From a bacterium (GTDB lineage: Bacteria > Patescibacteriota > Patescibacteriia > UBA1558 > S5-K13), in contig DAORGW010000002.1 of the NCBI GenBank assembly GCA_035356975.1, positions 1 through 61,375 on the forward strand: a DNA stretch of 61,375 bases. Direction: 5' to 3'. The notes under the pieces were generated by a model. It was not told the origin of the DNA. It did not search any database and was given only the letters and a program-made list of their open reading frames with translations. Of this stretch, positions 8,890 to 18,814 are shown one piece after another. Numbering within the stretch: the stretch's first letter is position 1; each line of letters starts with the position of its first letter. The translations under genes were made by a program, and so were the position numbers.

Positions 8890-11652
8890 TTATTTTTTAT
8901 CTAAAATAAATCCGTTTGCAAGGTCACTAGAAAATTCTTTATTTTGCTTAAAATTGTCTAAATTTGACCAAATCAACTTCAGTGAATCAGACCATTTATA
9001 ATTAAATTCTATATCTCCCTCTATTCCCGATTGCTTCTGATAAATCACAGAATAACTACTAAATTTATTAGAATTATCTTTGAATAATCCATTTAAAAAG
9101 GATTGTAGTGATTCAAAACTTAATATAAATGGTAGCTCATATTTCACATAAACAATTTTTTCTTCACCAGGACGAATTTCTTGCCAGCCAGCAAAAGTTG
9201 TTTTTCCTAGTTCATCAAATATTTCAATTCCAGATGCTTTATCAACGGACACTCTTCCCTGTAACTCCAATAATTTTCCAAACTCTTGAGATCCATATGA
9301 TGGTTTTACATAATCTTTTTCTGGGAAAGAATCAAATCCACCAGCTTCAATTAATTTAGAACCATATGGAACATAAATTCTCATGTAATTTTTATTTGTG
9401 GCTTGTGCAAAAAAATTATCAGAAACTTCATTAAATTTTCTTACAATTCTTACCGTGTCGATAATTTTACCATTAGAGAGCACCTCAACATTATGATAAA
9501 TTTTTTGTTTTATAAATTCATCTGTTTTTCCTCCACCAATATTTGTATTTACAACAGATAAATAATCCTTATCTGTCTCTCTCATAGAACCAGACCAACC
9601 ATAGTTATCTACAAATGCTTCTAGTGAAGAATCACTAAAATACATTTGAATATCTTTACTTGAAACACCCCTATCAAAAAGCTTCGCAATTTCTACATAA
9701 TTTAAATTTTTATCATTAAATAATCTATCTAATATTTTTTGCATCATCTCACCTATAACTTTTTTGGGTTTGTTTTCTTCTTTATCATATTTAAATTCAA
9801 CAATTTCTTGAATTTCTCTATAAAAATTTTTTTCTGTTATATCTAAATTATATTCATCTATGTGAACTGGGCCAGTCAACTTCAAAACATCAAGCATTAC
9901 ATCGCTATTTATTGAAATCACTCCGTCAACAGTCTGCCCGCCAGCTCTTTCAAAATTTTCTGCAATTGTAGAATATGATATTGGTGCATCTAACCACCAG
10001 TTCATATCCCAAAAATAAAAATTTGGATTTATAAGCCACAGTGGTTTTGGTGCTATAAAACTATCTGTAATTCCAGCTCTATAATCATATGGTCCGCCGG
10101 GTGGAACAATTATATTTTGAATTTCTCCTTGTTTTATATCGACTATAGCTAGAGATCCTATAAATCCACCCGTTGGACGAAGTTCATTATTATTTTGAAA
10201 TAATAATAAATATCTTTTAGTTCCATTTGAACCTAAAATTTGATTTGTAACATCAAAAAGAGAAGTAATTTTATCTATATTTGAAGTAAGTAGAGGAAAT
10301 TTTTCTTTCATTAATTTAAATTTTCCCCTATATTCTTGTGGTAAAACGTTTTCATTTATCTCAGATATGTTTTTGCCAGCTAATTTAAGACTATCTTTAC
10401 ATTTTTCTAAATTATCCTGAATTAATTTAATCTTTTGTGTTAATGTTAATCCTTCTTGATCAGTTAATGCTGAATTTATATAAACAGCTGATTCTGACAA
10501 CAATCTACCAGTTTCAATTAATTTCTCTCCATAATCAATTTGTTTACCTTGGTTTGGAATTAATTTTAATATTTGATTTATAATCTCCCCATGCTGATTT
10601 ATTTCATTTTCGGCTTCTGTAAATTTCTGATTAGCGTTTGAAAAATTTGAATGTGCATTTTCAAAATCGTATCCAACCATTGACTTTATTCCACTTTCTA
10701 AACTCTGATAAGCCTGCTCAGAAATACCAAGCACCCTTCCTTTAGTTTCATTTAATTTATTTACAAAAGCAGAAAAATTAATAATTATAATTATTAAAAT
10801 AGAACTTATCACGAAAGCAAATAATTTTTTATAAAATTTAAATCCGCTTGGCTTAAATAATTTTGATGGTTCTATTTTTGAAACTTCTAATTTAATTTCC
10901 TTATATCTATTTTTTGGTTTTTTTTCTGACACAACAAACATTTTATAAACACCGCGACCAAGCATGTCTACTGAAGCAACAAGAGAAACGCTAGCATTTA
11001 CAATGCCTTTTGCAATATATTTTACTGGATAAAGTGAATAAACAAAAAAATTATTAGTTCCCTCACCAAGAAAATAAACCAATTTAACAAATTTATTTTT
11101 TAATAGTATTTTTGAAATTTCTCTAAAATAAGAATCTGAAACGCTTTTAAGTGTTTTTTTCTTTGGGATATCAAAAGATAAATCTCTATTTATATTTTGA
11201 TCTTTTTGTACTTTGTCTCTTAGATTGATAACATGTTGAGAATTTTTATTTGTGTTAACACTTCCAAACACTGTAGAATCATTATCTCCTATTTTGATTT
11301 TATAGTTAAAATTTTGTCTTAAAAATTCTGCATCAGCCACATCTTGCTTTATTATTCTTTCAATTTCATTAAGCTCTGTAGAATCTTCAATATTTTTTTT
11401 ATCTTCAATTACTTCTTTTTTTAGATCTAAAAAATTTGGAGAATAATTGATTTCCGCTTCTTTTAAAAATGAATCTAAATCATTTAAAACTTCATTATTA
11501 TAATACAAAAAATTATCCTTATTTATATCAGGAGAAATTTCTTCTATTTGAGAAACATTTATTTTTTTATTTTTTTCTTTTATAACAGAAGAATTCTTCC
11601 TTTTAGCTACTTTTTTAGGAAGATTTTTCTGTAAGACATTTGTCTTTTTCAT
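8890..11652 (-). CDS. large DUF4012-like extracytoplasmic protein (920 aa)
   Basis: Single TM near residue 280, then motif NNNELRPTGGFIGS typical of DUF4012 proteins; next to a glycosyltransferase block. Confidence 0.6.
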   Translation of the reverse strand: MKKTNVLQKNLPKKVAKRKNSSVIKEKNKKINVSQIEEISPDINKDNFLYYNNEVLNDLDSFLKEAEINYSPNFLDLKKEVIEDKKNIEDSTELNEIERIIKQDVADAEFLRQNFNYKIKIGDNDSTVFGSVNTNKNSQHVINLRDKVQKDQNINRDLSFDIPKKKTLKSVSDSYFREISKILLKNKFVKLVYFLGEGTNNFFVYSLYPVKYIAKGIVNASVSLVASVDMLGRGVYKMFVVSEKKPKNRYKEIKLEVSKIEPSKLFKPSGFKFYKKLFAFVISSILIIIIINFSAFVNKLNETKGRVLGISEQAYQSLESGIKSMVGYDFENAHSNFSNANQKFTEAENEINQHGEIINQILKLIPNQGKQIDYGEKLIETGRLLSESAVYINSALTDQEGLTLTQKIKLIQDNLEKCKDSLKLAGKNISEINENVLPQEYRGKFKLMKEKFPLLTSNIDKITSLFDVTNQILGSNGTKRYLLLFQNNNELRPTGGFIGSLAIVDIKQGEIQNIIVPPGGPYDYRAGITDSFIAPKPLWLINPNFYFWDMNWWLDAPISYSTIAENFERAGGQTVDGVISINSDVMLDVLKLTGPVHIDEYNLDITEKNFYREIQEIVEFKYDKEENKPKKVIGEMMQKILDRLFNDKNLNYVEIAKLFDRGVSSKDIQMYFSDSSLEAFVDNYGWSGSMRETDKDYLSVVNTNIGGGKTDEFIKQKIYHNVEVLSNGKIIDTVRIVRKFNEVSDNFFAQATNKNYMRIYVPYGSKLIEAGGFDSFPEKDYVKPSYGSQEFGKLLELQGRVSVDKASGIEIFDELGKTTFAGWQEIRPGEEKIVYVKYELPFILSFESLQSFLNGLFKDNSNKFSSYSVIYQKQSGIEGDIEFNYKWSDSLKLIWSNLDNFKQNKEFSSDLANGFILDKK

Positions 11653-11710
11653 ATATTATATTATACAACTTTTTTACTAAATTGAGAAATATTTTGATAA
11701 AAAATTATTT

Positions 11711-11742
11711 AAAAGAAAAAGCATCCCGTTTTACCGAGATGC
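11711..11742 (-). terminator. intrinsic terminator after the 98-aa membrane protein gene
   Basis: Stem gcatcccg (11721-28) / cgagatgc (11735-42) with a T-run on the minus strand (A-run 11711-20). Confidence 0.6.
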
Positions 11743-11764
11743 TTCAGAGAAAATGCAAAGCAGA

Positions 11765-12061
11765 CTATATTGTGTTTGATTTGTATTTTCTCAATTTTTT
11801 GTATATTCTCCAAATCTTCCATTGGAGAATAGTAAAAAACCCCACCAATCCTCCAGCCATAAAGCAAAAGACCAGAAATATAACTAAATCCATCACGGTC
11901 AAAATTTTCACCCAATTAAAAATAGATGAAATTAGACCCAGGACGGCGAAGATAATTGCCGGAATTCCAAGAGTTTGATGAAGATCCATCTTGTCAAGAA
12001 GATTATTAAACCTTCTGAACCCTACCCCAGAAAGCCTGGGTTTAAAAAATACTGGTATCAT
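11765..12061 (-). CDS. small membrane protein (98 aa)
   Basis: Strong SD GGGGAGG 4 nt before the ATG, two TM helices, own terminator. Confidence 0.65.
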   Translation of the reverse strand: MIPVFFKPRLSGVGFRRFNNLLDKMDLHQTLGIPAIIFAVLGLISSIFNWVKILTVMDLVIFLVFCFMAGGLVGFFTILQWKIWRIYKKLRKYKSNTI

Positions 12062-12177
12062 GATTCCTCCCCATTAGAGCATTTTTAATATATAAATCAT
12101 ATCATATTTTAATATTTTTGTCAATAATTTACAAATAAACAAAAAATGACTTAATTATAGACATTTTTATATATTAC

Positions 12178-13281
12178 TTACTTATATATCTCTAGTGTTT
12201 GTCTTGTCATTTTTTCCCATGTATAATTTTTCAATAATTCCTGTGATTTTAACCTCAAATCTTTTTTCAAATCATCATCGGTTAAAATTTTATTTAATTG
12301 TTCTATAAAATTAGTTTCATCTTTTGGATCAAAATAAATTGCACAGTCTTTTAATATTTCTGGCAAACATGAATAATTACTTGATAAAACTACGGCAGAA
12401 TTTGTCATAGCTTCAAGTGGTGGAAGTCCAAATCCCTCACAGAGTGATGGGAAAACATAAACAGAACATTTTTTATATAAAATACTTAAATTAGAATCAT
12501 CTACAAATCCAGCAAAAATTATATTTTTAAAACTATTATCTGTAACAAATTGCTTAAGTCGTTTATAAAAATAATCCTCTTTTCCTACAAGCACCAATTC
12601 GTAATTTTCTAAATGTTCAAATTTATTAAAGGTGGAAATTAAAAACTCCAAATTTTTATGTGGATAGGCGTTTCCCACATAAAGCAAAAAATCTTTTTTT
12701 ATATTTAATTTATTTAAAATATCTAAACTTTCATTGCTTGATACCAGCTTGTGGGAAACGCCCTCGTAAGTTACAAAAACCTTATCGCTTTTAATCTTAA
12801 AAAATTTTACAATGTCTAATTTTGTAAATTCTGATACGGCTATAATTTTTTTAGATTTTTTTACTGCATTTGAAATTACCATTCTATATAAAATATTTTT
12901 TATAAAATATTTAATTGGTGAAAGTGTTGTCGCTTTTTGAGATGGATATCTTGTAAGGATTAGATCGTGAATTGTTACTATAAATGGAAATTTACAATAA
13001 AGAGGAACATTAAAATGTGGAAAATGAACTAAATCTGGTTTAATTTTTTTTAAAATTTTTGGAACTTCTAATTGTTCTTTTAATCCGTACCAAGGAATAT
13101 CAACTATAACTTTTTTAAAATTAGATTTTTTTGATTCATATTTATTTTCATTTTCACGATTTATCAAAATAAAATAATGATTATCGTGATCAACACTTTC
13201 TAAATTAAAAACTAACTCACTGACATATCTTCCTATGCCAGTTGCAGTGCCCATAAATCTTGCATCAATTAATATTTTCAT
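12178..13281 (-). CDS. glycosyltransferase family 4 (GT-B, group 1)
   Basis: C-terminal FPSLCEGFGLPPLEAM motif (EX7E region) typical of GT4. Confidence 0.85.
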   Translation of the reverse strand: MKILIDARFMGTATGIGRYVSELVFNLESVDHDNHYFILINRENENKYESKKSNFKKVIVDIPWYGLKEQLEVPKILKKIKPDLVHFPHFNVPLYCKFPFIVTIHDLILTRYPSQKATTLSPIKYFIKNILYRMVISNAVKKSKKIIAVSEFTKLDIVKFFKIKSDKVFVTYEGVSHKLVSSNESLDILNKLNIKKDFLLYVGNAYPHKNLEFLISTFNKFEHLENYELVLVGKEDYFYKRLKQFVTDNSFKNIIFAGFVDDSNLSILYKKCSVYVFPSLCEGFGLPPLEAMTNSAVVLSSNYSCLPEILKDCAIYFDPKDETNFIEQLNKILTDDDLKKDLRLKSQELLKNYTWEKMTRQTLEIYK

Positions 13282-13284
13282 AAA

Positions 13285-14427
13285 TTAAAATATTTTCAAT
13301 AAATCTTGTGCGCACTCTTTCCAATTTTCATAATAAGTATCATCAAATGTTTTATTTTTGTAAAAATTATATAAATCACTATTTTCCAATAAGGATTTTA
13401 TCCCCAAATAAAATGATTCTATGTTATATGCTTCACAAAGTAACGTATTTTTTCCAATTATTTCTGGCATTGAAGAATTATTTGACGAAACTGTAACACA
13501 ATTACAGGCTAAAGCTTCAAGTGGTGGAAGCCCAAATCCTTCATAAAAAGATGGCCAAATAAATATTTTTGCACTATTATATAGTGCTGGCAATTCATCG
13601 TATTTAACATAACCCAAAAATTTTATTCTTGATTTTATAGAATCTTTTAATTTATGAAAATTTAAATCAAATTTATATTTCATCCATCCAAAATCTCCAC
13701 AAATTACTAAATCTAGATTACTAAAATCAGATGTTAATTTTTCAAAAACAGCTAATATACAATCTAAATTTTTTCTTGGTTCAATTGTTCCTACGTAGAG
13801 TAAAAAATCTCTATTTAGTCCATATTTATCCTTAAAATTTTGAATTTCTAAATTATCTAATTTCTTATAGTTTGTTGATATACCTAAATGATTTACAATA
13901 ATTTTTTCTTTTTTAATTTTTAAAAAATTCATGAGGTCAAATTTTGTATTTTCAGAAACACAGATAATTCTATCGGCTCTTTTGATAAGTTTCTTGGGGC
14001 GCACAAAAAAATGCCACAAGTTTCTCTTAAAATCAAAAAAATGTTTAAATAAAAAAAAGCTTATATCATGAATTGTGAGAATCAATCTTGTTTTATTTGA
14101 TAGAACGCATGGAGAAATATTTGGCAACCAAAAACAATCCAATTGTATATTTTTTTTCTTATTTATTAATTTATCAATTTTTGGATAATTAAAGAAAAAA
14201 TTTGCAAGAAGGATTAATTTACTTGGAATATTAAAATGAATATGATAAACATTTTTATAATTATCTAAATCAAAATTAATTTTTATATTTTTTTTTCCAA
14301 AAGTTATGAGATAATATTCGTTTTCACTATCTATATCAAAAAGATTTTCTAAAACATTTTTTAGATAAACTCCTATCCCACTTATATTTTCCTGCCTAAG
14401 TGATGTTATATCAATTCCTATTTTCAT
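13285..14427 (-). CDS. glycosyltransferase family 4 (GT-B, group 1)
   Basis: PSFYEGFGLPPLEALA motif. Confidence 0.85.
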   Translation of the reverse strand: MKIGIDITSLRQENISGIGVYLKNVLENLFDIDSENEYYLITFGKKNIKINFDLDNYKNVYHIHFNIPSKLILLANFFFNYPKIDKLINKKKNIQLDCFWLPNISPCVLSNKTRLILTIHDISFFLFKHFFDFKRNLWHFFVRPKKLIKRADRIICVSENTKFDLMNFLKIKKEKIIVNHLGISTNYKKLDNLEIQNFKDKYGLNRDFLLYVGTIEPRKNLDCILAVFEKLTSDFSNLDLVICGDFGWMKYKFDLNFHKLKDSIKSRIKFLGYVKYDELPALYNSAKIFIWPSFYEGFGLPPLEALACNCVTVSSNNSSMPEIIGKNTLLCEAYNIESFYLGIKSLLENSDLYNFYKNKTFDDTYYENWKECAQDLLKIF

Positions 14428-15508
14428 TTAATTTTTCATTAATATAATCTCTAATTTCTTCTTCAAATCTCGTACGAGAAAAATTTTGTGCATGATTTTT
14501 TATAAATTCATGATCAAAACTCATTTTAGAAAAATCTAACACCGCCTCTGCAAGTGATTGCCAATTCTGCTCTTCAAAAAATACTCCTGTTTTATTTTCT
14601 ATCATTGTTTCAAGAGCCCCACCTTTTTTGTATGCAATTACAGGACAACCGGAGGCAAGCGCTTCCACAAGTGAAATTCCAAAATCTTCTTCCTGTGGAT
14701 GAATAAATGCTTTAGCGCGAGATAAATATTTAAATTTTTCTTGATCACTAAGCTCTCCCAAAAATTCTATATTATCTTTTGCTGTTTTTTTATAGTAATC
14801 AATATCTCCACCACCAATAATTTTTAATGGCAATTTTAATTGATTAAAAGTCTGAATTGCTAAATCTATTTTTTTGTATGGTCTTAGGCGAGATACTAAA
14901 ATATAATAATTCTCTTTTGTCTCGGAATAAAAATTTTCTACATCAACCGGTGGATAAATAACATAAGATTCTTTATTGTAATATTTTTTAATTCTATCTG
15001 CTATAAATTTTGAATTTGCAATAAAATAATCTACTTCTTGTGCTTTTTTATAATCCCATTCTTTCATATTTTCTAAAACATTTATTAAAAAATATTTGAT
15101 AGGTTTGGGAAAACGAAGTCCATCAACGTATTCTTTCATATCACTCCATAAATATCTTGTTGGTGTGTGACAATAACAAAAATGAATTGTGTTTTTTGGC
15201 TTTGTAATTCCTTTTGCAAAAGCAGACGTAGAAGATAAAATTACATCATACTCGGATAAATCAAAACTCTCCCATGCTTTTGGCATTAAAGTTAAAAATA
15301 ATTTAAAAAGTTTTGTAGAACCAGGAATTTTTTGAATATATGAAGTTCTAATATCACAATTTTTCAAAAATTCTCTACTTCTTTTATTACAAATTAGTGT
15401 ATAGATGGGACTTTCTGGATAAATTTTATGAAATTCCAAAAGCACTCTTTCTGCACCACCAATTTGAAATAAATGATCGTGTGTTATTGCTAATTTATTG
15501 TCTTTCAT
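14411..15508 (-). CDS. glycosyltransferase group 1 (start taken at MKDNKLAITHD)
   Basis: GGAERV N-terminal motif and QEEDFGISLVEALASGCPVIA C-terminal motif. Confidence 0.85.
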   Translation of the reverse strand: MKDNKLAITHDHLFQIGGAERVLLEFHKIYPESPIYTLICNKRSREFLKNCDIRTSYIQKIPGSTKLFKLFLTLMPKAWESFDLSEYDVILSSTSAFAKGITKPKNTIHFCYCHTPTRYLWSDMKEYVDGLRFPKPIKYFLINVLENMKEWDYKKAQEVDYFIANSKFIADRIKKYYNKESYVIYPPVDVENFYSETKENYYILVSRLRPYKKIDLAIQTFNQLKLPLKIIGGGDIDYYKKTAKDNIEFLGELSDQEKFKYLSRAKAFIHPQEEDFGISLVEALASGCPVIAYKKGGALETMIENKTGVFFEEQNWQSLAEAVLDFSKMSFDHEFIKNHAQNFSRTRFEEEIRDYINEKLNENRN

Positions 15509-15594
15509 AATAAGAATTATAAATAATTTAACCCCCTCGGTCAAATAATAAAAATGAGCAAAAAACTCATTTTTTAAATAAATTTATAGAATAA

Positions 15595-16977
15595 TTAAAC
15601 GGCTTCCTTTTTAAATAAAACCCTTATTGTTTTGAGTAGAATTCTTAGATCGAGCATTAAACTCCAATTTTCTATATAATAAACATCAAGTCTTACTTCG
15701 TCTTCAAATTTTAAATTTGAACGCCCTGAAACCTGTGCCATTCCGGTTATTCCTGGCTTTATAACCAACAATTGCATTTGCTCATCTTTATACTGAGCCA
15801 CCTCGCGTGGTTCATGTGCACGAGGTCCAACTAAACTCATTTGTCCTTTTATTACATTCAAAATTTGTGGAATTTCATCAATTGATGTTCGTCTTAAAAA
15901 TTTTCCAACGCGTGTAATTCTTGGATCGTTTTTCATTTTAAAAAGTGGTCCATCTCCTCTTTCATTAAATTTTATAAGCTCATCTTTCATTTTTTCAGCA
16001 TTAGAAATCATTGATCTAAATTTATACATTTTAAATTCTTTATTTCTAACTCCAATTCTTGTAAGCCCTACCAACACCGGTCCGCGAGAATCGATTTTTA
16101 TAATAATTCCTATAATTACATAAATTGGGATAAGGATAATTAATCCCAATATTGCGAGAATTAAATCGAAAAGTCTTTTGGAAATTCTACCCCAACCCTC
16201 AAGTTTAGTTCTTTTAATCTCCAAAATTGGTATTCCAGCTACATCATTTACTTCAAAATTTATTATTCTGGTATCAAGAAGTGATGCCGTGTATTTATAA
16301 GTAATATGTTTCACATTACATAAATTTATAAGTGCAGACACAAAATCTTTTTCAGCATATGGATCTGTTAAAATTATTTCATCAACTTTATTATTTAAAA
16401 TATAATTTTCAATTTCATAGATAGTGTTATTATTTATTGAAAAATGATTTACAATTTCATATCCATATGTTTTATCATTTTTAAATTCTATTTCTAATTC
16501 ATCTGCGGTTTCGTTTTTTCCCACAAGAATAATTTTTGTTTTTATAATTCCCTTTTTTGCTAAAATTCTTCTTGTTATATCAAGAACAATTCTTTCTAGT
16601 AGTAGAAATATTATTCCAATTATCCAATAAATTATAACTATAAATCTTGAAGAAAATAATCTCTGCTCAAAGAAAAAAGCAATTATAAGTATTAAAATAA
16701 ATGTTGAACAAGCTGAAAAAACTTTTGCAAATTTTTGATAAACCGTTCTTTTTTCAAAGCTATAAAGACCCGAAATCATAAACACTATAATTGCCACAAA
16801 TGATGTAGCAATTAATATTTGTAAAAATAAAAAAAACGGTAATTCAAAAATTACCGGTCTATATTGTGTTATAAATTGAGCAAATCTTAAATAATAAGCA
16901 ATAATTCCTGATACAATTAACAAAATAAAATCAAGAGGAATTTCTATTGCATTTAAAAAAAGTTTATTTCTTATCAT
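15595..16977 (-). CDS. polyprenyl-phosphate sugar phosphotransferase (WbaP/EpsB-type bacterial sugar transferase)
   Basis: N-terminal TM bundle plus the conserved C-terminal domain KRLFDLILA...YKFRSM...GPLFKMKNDPRITRVGKFLRRTSIDEIPQ...GQMSLVGPR. Confidence 0.9.
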   Translation of the reverse strand: MIRNKLFLNAIEIPLDFILLIVSGIIAYYLRFAQFITQYRPVIFELPFFLFLQILIATSFVAIIVFMISGLYSFEKRTVYQKFAKVFSACSTFILILIIAFFFEQRLFSSRFIVIIYWIIGIIFLLLERIVLDITRRILAKKGIIKTKIILVGKNETADELEIEFKNDKTYGYEIVNHFSINNNTIYEIENYILNNKVDEIILTDPYAEKDFVSALINLCNVKHITYKYTASLLDTRIINFEVNDVAGIPILEIKRTKLEGWGRISKRLFDLILAILGLIILIPIYVIIGIIIKIDSRGPVLVGLTRIGVRNKEFKMYKFRSMISNAEKMKDELIKFNERGDGPLFKMKNDPRITRVGKFLRRTSIDEIPQILNVIKGQMSLVGPRAHEPREVAQYKDEQMQLLVIKPGITGMAQVSGRSNLKFEDEVRLDVYYIENWSLMLDLRILLKTIRVLFKKEAV

Positions 16978-16994
16978 AACAACAAATATAAATT

Positions 16995-17392
16995 TGCTAA
17001 ATTAGCTATAAGCCGAATTCTGTTTCCTCCAAAAGGAGGCGATGATCATCTATCTTGTCTATTTATCACTAAATAGATCTAGCAACTTACCACTCCCACA
17101 AAATGGGATTTCTTAGTTTTGCACCGAATAGAGTTTACCTCTTCTCTATTGTCGCTAATAGAGCGTCTGAGCTAATTATCTCAGAATTTCACCCTTATCC
17201 CCGACGATATTTCGCGAAGCGAAACGAATCAAGGGAAGGAATTTTTTCTGTTGCACTTGTCCTCTTTTAAAATCACTTTTAAAAGGATTGCCGTTAGCAA
17301 TTATTCCCGAGTTATAAAACTTGGCAAAATGGTGTTCGGACTTTCCTCGATAAACCATAATAGTTTACCGCGATCATCCACTAATCTAGCTT
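16995..17392 (-). ncRNA. rnpB: RNase P RNA (bacterial type A)
   Basis: The reverse complement contains CGAGGAAAGTCCGAACACC (P4 5' strand), AGGGTGAAA, GGTAAACTC...GGTGCAA and ACAGAATTCGGCTTAT (P4 3' strand). The ends pair as P1 (gctagattag / ctaatttagc). The region is visibly more G+C-rich than its flanks. Confidence 0.9.
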
Positions 17393-17436
17393 ATATATAC
17401 TATAACAATTATTTAATTTTGTCAAATAAAATATTA

Positions 17437-18375
17437 TTATTTTTTATACCTGAGGTCTTTAAAAAAATTCAAAACATTGTCGTTTTCATACATTTGTAAT
17501 TTTTTTGGATCGCTTAATATACCGTCCCTTAAAGATTTCATATCTTTTTCATCATTTAATTGCTTGAAAAAAATTAAAATATTTTCATATTCTTTTGCAA
17601 TACTATCCTGATTTATACTTTTTGCATATTCAACAAAATATTCTAATTGCAATATTATCTGATCTATAATAATTAAACGAAAAGGGTGATTAATAAGTTT
17701 GTCATTGCTTCCTTTTTCCTGATTTATAACGCCCATCCAAAGCCTTATAACATTTTCTAAATTAAACATATCCATTCCTATAACAAGCTTTGGAATATTT
17801 TCTAAAGATAATTGATATGAATTCTCTGATTTAAAATATTTTATATTTGCCAATCTTCCATTTAGAATATCTCTTTTTAAACTTTCGACTTTTTTATTTA
17901 GTTGATCTGTATTTGAAGTAAGTGTTGCATCATAAGCCAAAGCCAAATGCTCATATTCATCTGATTCTTCTGGTAATAATTCCATTATAGTATCAACCCT
18001 ATTATGATAATCATCATACTTACAAGTACTAATTGTATGCACATTCATACCCAGTATTAAATTTTGTTCTATCTGATTATATAAAAAAGCCTCTAAAATA
18101 GTACCTATTTTTTTATTATTTTTTGCTATATCGGTATTTGATTCATCAAAATTATGTTCAAGAGCTTGTACGTGTTTTTTATCTTCATTTATTTCTGCTT
18201 GACTGTATTTAGTCAAGAAAACAGGGTCACTGATATCTATTGTATCTATACTAAGATTTTCTAATGCAATTTTGTAACACTCTTCTAGATACTCTGGATT
18301 TCTAAATGTTTCATTACTACGCTTAACCCTATCAGCCTCTTGAAAAAGTCTATTAATACTATCTTCAAATGACAT
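17437..18375 (-). CDS. hypothetical protein (312 aa, acidic, soluble)
   Basis: Long intact ORF; no motif recognised. Confidence 0.6.
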   Translation of the reverse strand: MSFEDSINRLFQEADRVKRSNETFRNPEYLEECYKIALENLSIDTIDISDPVFLTKYSQAEINEDKKHVQALEHNFDESNTDIAKNNKKIGTILEAFLYNQIEQNLILGMNVHTISTCKYDDYHNRVDTIMELLPEESDEYEHLALAYDATLTSNTDQLNKKVESLKRDILNGRLANIKYFKSENSYQLSLENIPKLVIGMDMFNLENVIRLWMGVINQEKGSNDKLINHPFRLIIIDQIILQLEYFVEYAKSINQDSIAKEYENILIFFKQLNDEKDMKSLRDGILSDPKKLQMYENDNVLNFFKDLRYKK

Positions 18376-18443
18376 AATTTTAATATTAATTATTATCTAA
18401 TTATTAATATACTATATAAATTAATTATGAGCAAAATCATCTA

Positions 18444-18471
18444 TTGACAAATATAATGAATATGCTATAGT
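18444..18471 (+). promoter_or_regulatory. sigma70-type promoter (TTGACA 18444-49, 16-nt spacer, TATAGT 18466-71) for the 94-aa ORF
   Basis: Consensus hexamers followed by SD AGGAGG (18483-88) and the ATG at 18493. Confidence 0.6.
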
Positions 18472-18492
18472 ATAAATCCTCAAGGAGGTATT

Positions 18493-18777
18493 ATGAAATT
18501 TATAAAAAATCCACTAAATGAAACATTGGTGGTAAATTTTATGGATGATTCTTGGATTAAAAGGCTCCTAATTTGGCTTATAAAAAACCGGGATGATCTA
18601 GAAATCAATATTGACTGGAGATGGGAGTATATGACCATCAAACCAAATCTTTTAAATCCAATAAGAATAATTGGATCAAAAGATTCAACACTAATTTTTT
18701 GGGAAGAATTTTTCTACATAGACAAAAAAAAATATACCCCCATTAAATTCTTAAAGCAGATAATAAAAGTACTTTAG
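18493..18777 (+). CDS. hypothetical protein (94 aa)
   Basis: Consensus promoter, AGGAGG SD at optimal spacing and a terminator directly after the stop. Confidence 0.65.
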   Translation: MKFIKNPLNETLVVNFMDDSWIKRLLIWLIKNRDDLEINIDWRWEYMTIKPNLLNPIRIIGSKDSTLIFWEEFFYIDKKKYTPIKFLKQIIKVL

Positions 18778-18814
18778 AGCTGGATGTTTATCAAAACTTC
18801 AGCTCTTTTATTTT
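18776..18814. terminator. intrinsic terminator shared by convergent genes
   Basis: Stem agagctg (18776-82) / cagctct (18800-06) followed by a T-run. Confidence 0.55.

Noticed and set aside
11640-11978. ORFs 11640..11978 (+) and 11709..11915 (-)
   Set aside because: They overlap the 98-aa membrane-protein gene (11765..12061), which has a strong SD and its own terminator. They have no signals of their own.
17176-17499. ORF-track entries 17176..17358 (-) and 17251..17499 (+)
   Set aside because: They lie on or overlap the RNase P RNA, whose conserved P4/J motifs and P1 pairing explain the region. They have no SD or protein-like composition.
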